Assembly: GCA_951406725.2 (NCBI GenBank)
Contig: OX597831.1
Location: 2,790,001-2,854,000, forward strand
Length of the DNA stretch: 64,000 nt
Direction of reading: 5' to 3'
DNA from: Octopus vulgaris
Lineage: Eukaryota
This document shows positions 60,753-64,000 of the stretch, in pieces (position 1 is the first letter of the stretch; each line of letters opens with the position of its first letter). The notes beneath the pieces are model-generated. The model saw only the letters and a list, made by a program, of their open reading frames with translations, was not told the origin of the DNA and searched no databases. The translations under genes were made by a program, and so were the position numbers.

Positions 60753-61453
60753 GTTACCGGATTCATTCTTGTTGCTTATTTTTTTAGTATAATCACCCCG
60801 CATATTTTTATAGGTAACACCATAAAAAATTCTGGTGCATCTAAATTAAGTGTCATATTCATTGTATCTAAATTGTTGCTGAACTTATATATATATATAT
60901 ATATATATCATCATCATCATCATCATCATCATTTAACGTCCGCTTTCCATGCTAGCATGGGTTGGACGGTTCAACTGGAGTCTGGGGAGCCCGAAGGCTG
61001 CACCAGGCCAGTCAGATCTGGCAGTGTTTCTACAGCTGGATGCCCTTCCTAACGCCAACCACTCCGAGAGTGTAGTGGGTGATTTTATGTGCCACCGACA
61101 CAGGTGCCAGACGAGGCTGGCGAACGGCCACGCTCGGATGGTGTTTTTTATGTGCCACCGACACAGGTGCCAGACGAGGCTGGCAGACGGCCACGCTCGG
61201 ATGGTGTTTTTATGTGCCACCGACACAAGTGCCAGATGAGGCTGGCGAACGGCCACGATCGGATGGTGTTTGTTACGTGCCCACAGCACGGATATATATA
61301 TATATATATATACACATATATATATATACATACATACATGTATATACACATTTTGAAGATGTGTAGATGACTTCACAACTAAGCTGGATCTCCTACTGTC
61401 AGGAGTCCCAGATGAGCTAACTTCATGGCATTCACTCCATTATATTTATATAT

Positions 61454-61560
61454 GTACTAGCTACAGTGGTACATATTCTAAAATTGGAACGATACAGAGA
61501 AGATTACTATGGCCCCTGCCCAAGGATGACATGCAAATTCGTGAAGCATTGCATATTTTT
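61454..61560 (+). pseudogene. U6: U6 snRNA pseudogene (full length, decayed)
   Basis: aaaattggaacgatacagagaagatt..atggcccctg.caaggatgaca.gcaaattcgtgaagc.tt.catattttt; the ACAGAGA box is intact but the AGC triad reads ACT. Confidence 0.9.
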
Positions 61561-62328
61561 CTAGGGCATAGGAGTGGGTGTGTGGCAAGTAACTTGCTTA
61601 TGAACCACATGGTTCCGGGTCCAGTCCCAGTGTGTGGTACCTTGGGCAAGTGTCTTCTACTATAGCCTCGGACCGACCAAAGCCTTGTGAGTGAATTTGG
61701 TAGATGGAAACTGAAAGAAGCCCGTCATATATGTGTACATGTATATGTATGTGTGTGTATATGTTTGTGTGTCTGTGTTTATCATCCAACATCGCTTGAC
61801 AACCGACGCTTGTTTGTTTGCCAGTTTGCTCTGCTTCAAGGAATTTTGGGCAACAGTCATGGAATTTGGTAGATAAAAACTATAGAAGCCTGTCATATGT
61901 GTGTGTGTGTGTGAATGGACAGTTCTGCCAATGAAGAATTCATTTTAACTCACACAAAACTCACAAATCTATTCTAAAGAATTCCATGAAATATTGAAAT
62001 ATTTAACAGTTTCAGAGTTGTGTGTATCATCTATGTGATAGACATGAAATGGAATGGAAAAAAAGCAAAAGTTCTCCCATACAAAACAGACAGGGTAAAT
62101 ACCTTATTTATTCCAGAACTATGCATAGTTTAAACAATTCTTTTTTTTGTTTCATCAGCTGGACTACAAAGAGAAGAATAAGTTAGCCAGCTTGCTTTAT
62201 ATGTGTGTGTGTATGTGTTTGTATGTAGGTGTGTGTGTGTGTGCCTGCATACATATATAGACATATGCATGAATATATGGAACCAATGGACATGTTTTGC
62301 CATAGGCAGTGTCTCATCTAATGTTTAA

Positions 62329-62549
62329 CCCTTTAGTGTTCAGAATACTCTGTTGAATTTAATACTTTTTCATTCAAATTGTTTTGAATTAATCATGCAT
62401 TATCTTATAGCTTTGAGGTTTCAATGTTGTGATTGTTAATTTTCAGAATGGCATTGTAGGTTAGGAGTGAGAGGCTAGATATCGTCAGTTTGAATATAAA
62501 ACATGTAGAATATACTGGGCCGGATTTGGCCGGTTTAAAGACTAAAGGG
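62329..62549. mobile_element. piggyBac-type MITE
   Basis: TTAA|ccctttagt...actaaaggg|TTAA. Confidence 0.8.
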
Positions 62550-63482
62550 TTAATGTCTAAATACTCTCTGTTTTATGCTGCTGCCATCATCTTTGTTCAT
62601 TAACCGATAATTTTATTCAATGTTTAGAAGTATCCAAGAAGTATTTTACTCAAAATTCTTGCTAGGTTTAAGTGTGGATGAGTGGCAAGAAGTTTGCATC
62701 CCGACCACAAGGTTCCACATTCAGTTCCATTGCATTCAGTTCCATTCCGGGTTCAGTTCCATTAGGCTACTGTTTTTTGCTGTAGCCCCTATTGCTCCCA
62801 GGCCAAACGAAGCCTTGTAAGTGGATTTAGTTGACAGAAACTGAAAGAAGCTCAACACACACACACACACACATAAATCTTTTACTTGTTTCAGTCATTT
62901 GACTGTGGCCATGCTGGGGCAGTGCTTTGAATACCTTTAACCTCTTTTATCTTTTACTTGTTTCAGTCATCAGACTGGGCCATGCTGCAGCACCACTTTG
63001 AAGAATTTTAGTTGAATGAATCGACCCTAGTCCTTATTTTCATTTTAAACCTGGTATTTATTCAATCGGTCTCTTTTTGCCAAACCGCTAAGTTACAAGG
63101 ACAGAAACGCACCAATACCAGTTGTAAAGCAGTGTTGGGGGACAAACACACACACACATATGACAGGCTTCTTTCATTTTCTGTCTACGAAATCCACTCA
63201 CAAGGCTTTGGTCGGCCCTAAACACTATAGTAGAAGACATTTGCCCATGGTGCCACACAATGGGACTGAACCCAAAACCATGTGTTACCTATATGCTTAT
63301 ATCTCTATGCGTTTGTCTTTGTGGTTGTGGTTGTGTTTGTGCCTTACTATTGCTAGACAACCAGTGTTGGTTTGTTTACATCCCTGTAACTTAGCAGTTT
63401 GCTAAAAAGAGACTGACAGAATAAATAACATGCTTTTATAAAACCAAGTATTGGAGTTAGTTTGTTCAGTCAAGTCATTTAA

Positions 63483-63703
63483 CCCTTTAGTATTTAAACC
63501 GGCCATATCAGGCCAAAAGTATTCTGCCTGTTTTATGTGCAAACTGGCCAGATCTGGTCTCTCACACCAATCCTACAATATCGTTTTAGAAATTAACAGC
63601 TTCCTCATCAAAATCTCATCGCTACAAGATAATGCATGATTAGTTCAAAACAGTATGGATGAAAAAGCATAAATTTGGGCAGAATAATGCGAACACTAAA
63701 GGG
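63483..63703. mobile_element. piggyBac-type MITE inserted into a SINE tail
   Basis: TTAA|ccctttagt...actaaaggg|TTAA; SINE sequence resumes with ggtggtgctccag. Confidence 0.8.
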
Positions 63704-64000
63704 TTAAGGTGGTGCTCCAGTGTGGCCACAGTCCAAAGACTGAAAGAAGAAAAGGATAAAAGATAAGACACTTCAAGGAAAATCAATTATCTGTATAAGT
63801 CATTGTTACAAGCAACAACAGCAGCAGCAACAACAAAACCCTCCAGAAAAAAGATGTAGTTACAAAAGAAACCATGAAACCTAGAGATTGTAAACAGCAG
63901 TGCATTGACAAAGTTGTTTGTATTGAATTAAAATGGCCTTGTGGTATGTGTTCCAATTCTCTGTGCTTGTAGTTCAAAGTTCAAATCCTGCCAAGGTCAG

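Noticed and set aside
61454-61560. Functional U6 gene
   Set aside because: The AGC triad and other conserved positions are changed and no upstream promoter elements are evident.

Overview
Eukaryotic, AT-rich, repeat-saturated non-coding DNA. The SINE, LINE and microsatellite repertoire strongly suggests an Octopus (coleoid cephalopod) genome; this is an inference. No intact host protein-coding gene is supported, and almost all listed ORFs are microsatellite artefacts. Recognisable content: tRNA-derived SINEs (a CORE-like family with an internal microsatellite, a Meta-domain family and two others), RTE, CR1/L2-like and R4/Dong-like LINE fragments, mariner, pogo/Tigger and hAT remnants, piggyBac-type TTAA MITEs, two non-autonomous Helitrons, a probable solo LTR, a decayed U6 snRNA copy and tandem arrays. 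The main unannotated signal is about ten type-I hammerhead-ribozyme motifs with very short or palindromic stem III, from at least six sequence-unrelated short elements mostly embedded in (TA)n tracts. Three loci (9.7, 25.0 and 47.5 kb) are long palindromes carrying two antiparallel hammerheads. Two loci (51.0 and 60.7 kb) have canonical cores with a long structured stem II. The pattern fits non-coding Penelope-like pLTR derivatives. Coordinates of decayed repeats are approximate, and all structures were read by eye rather than computed.
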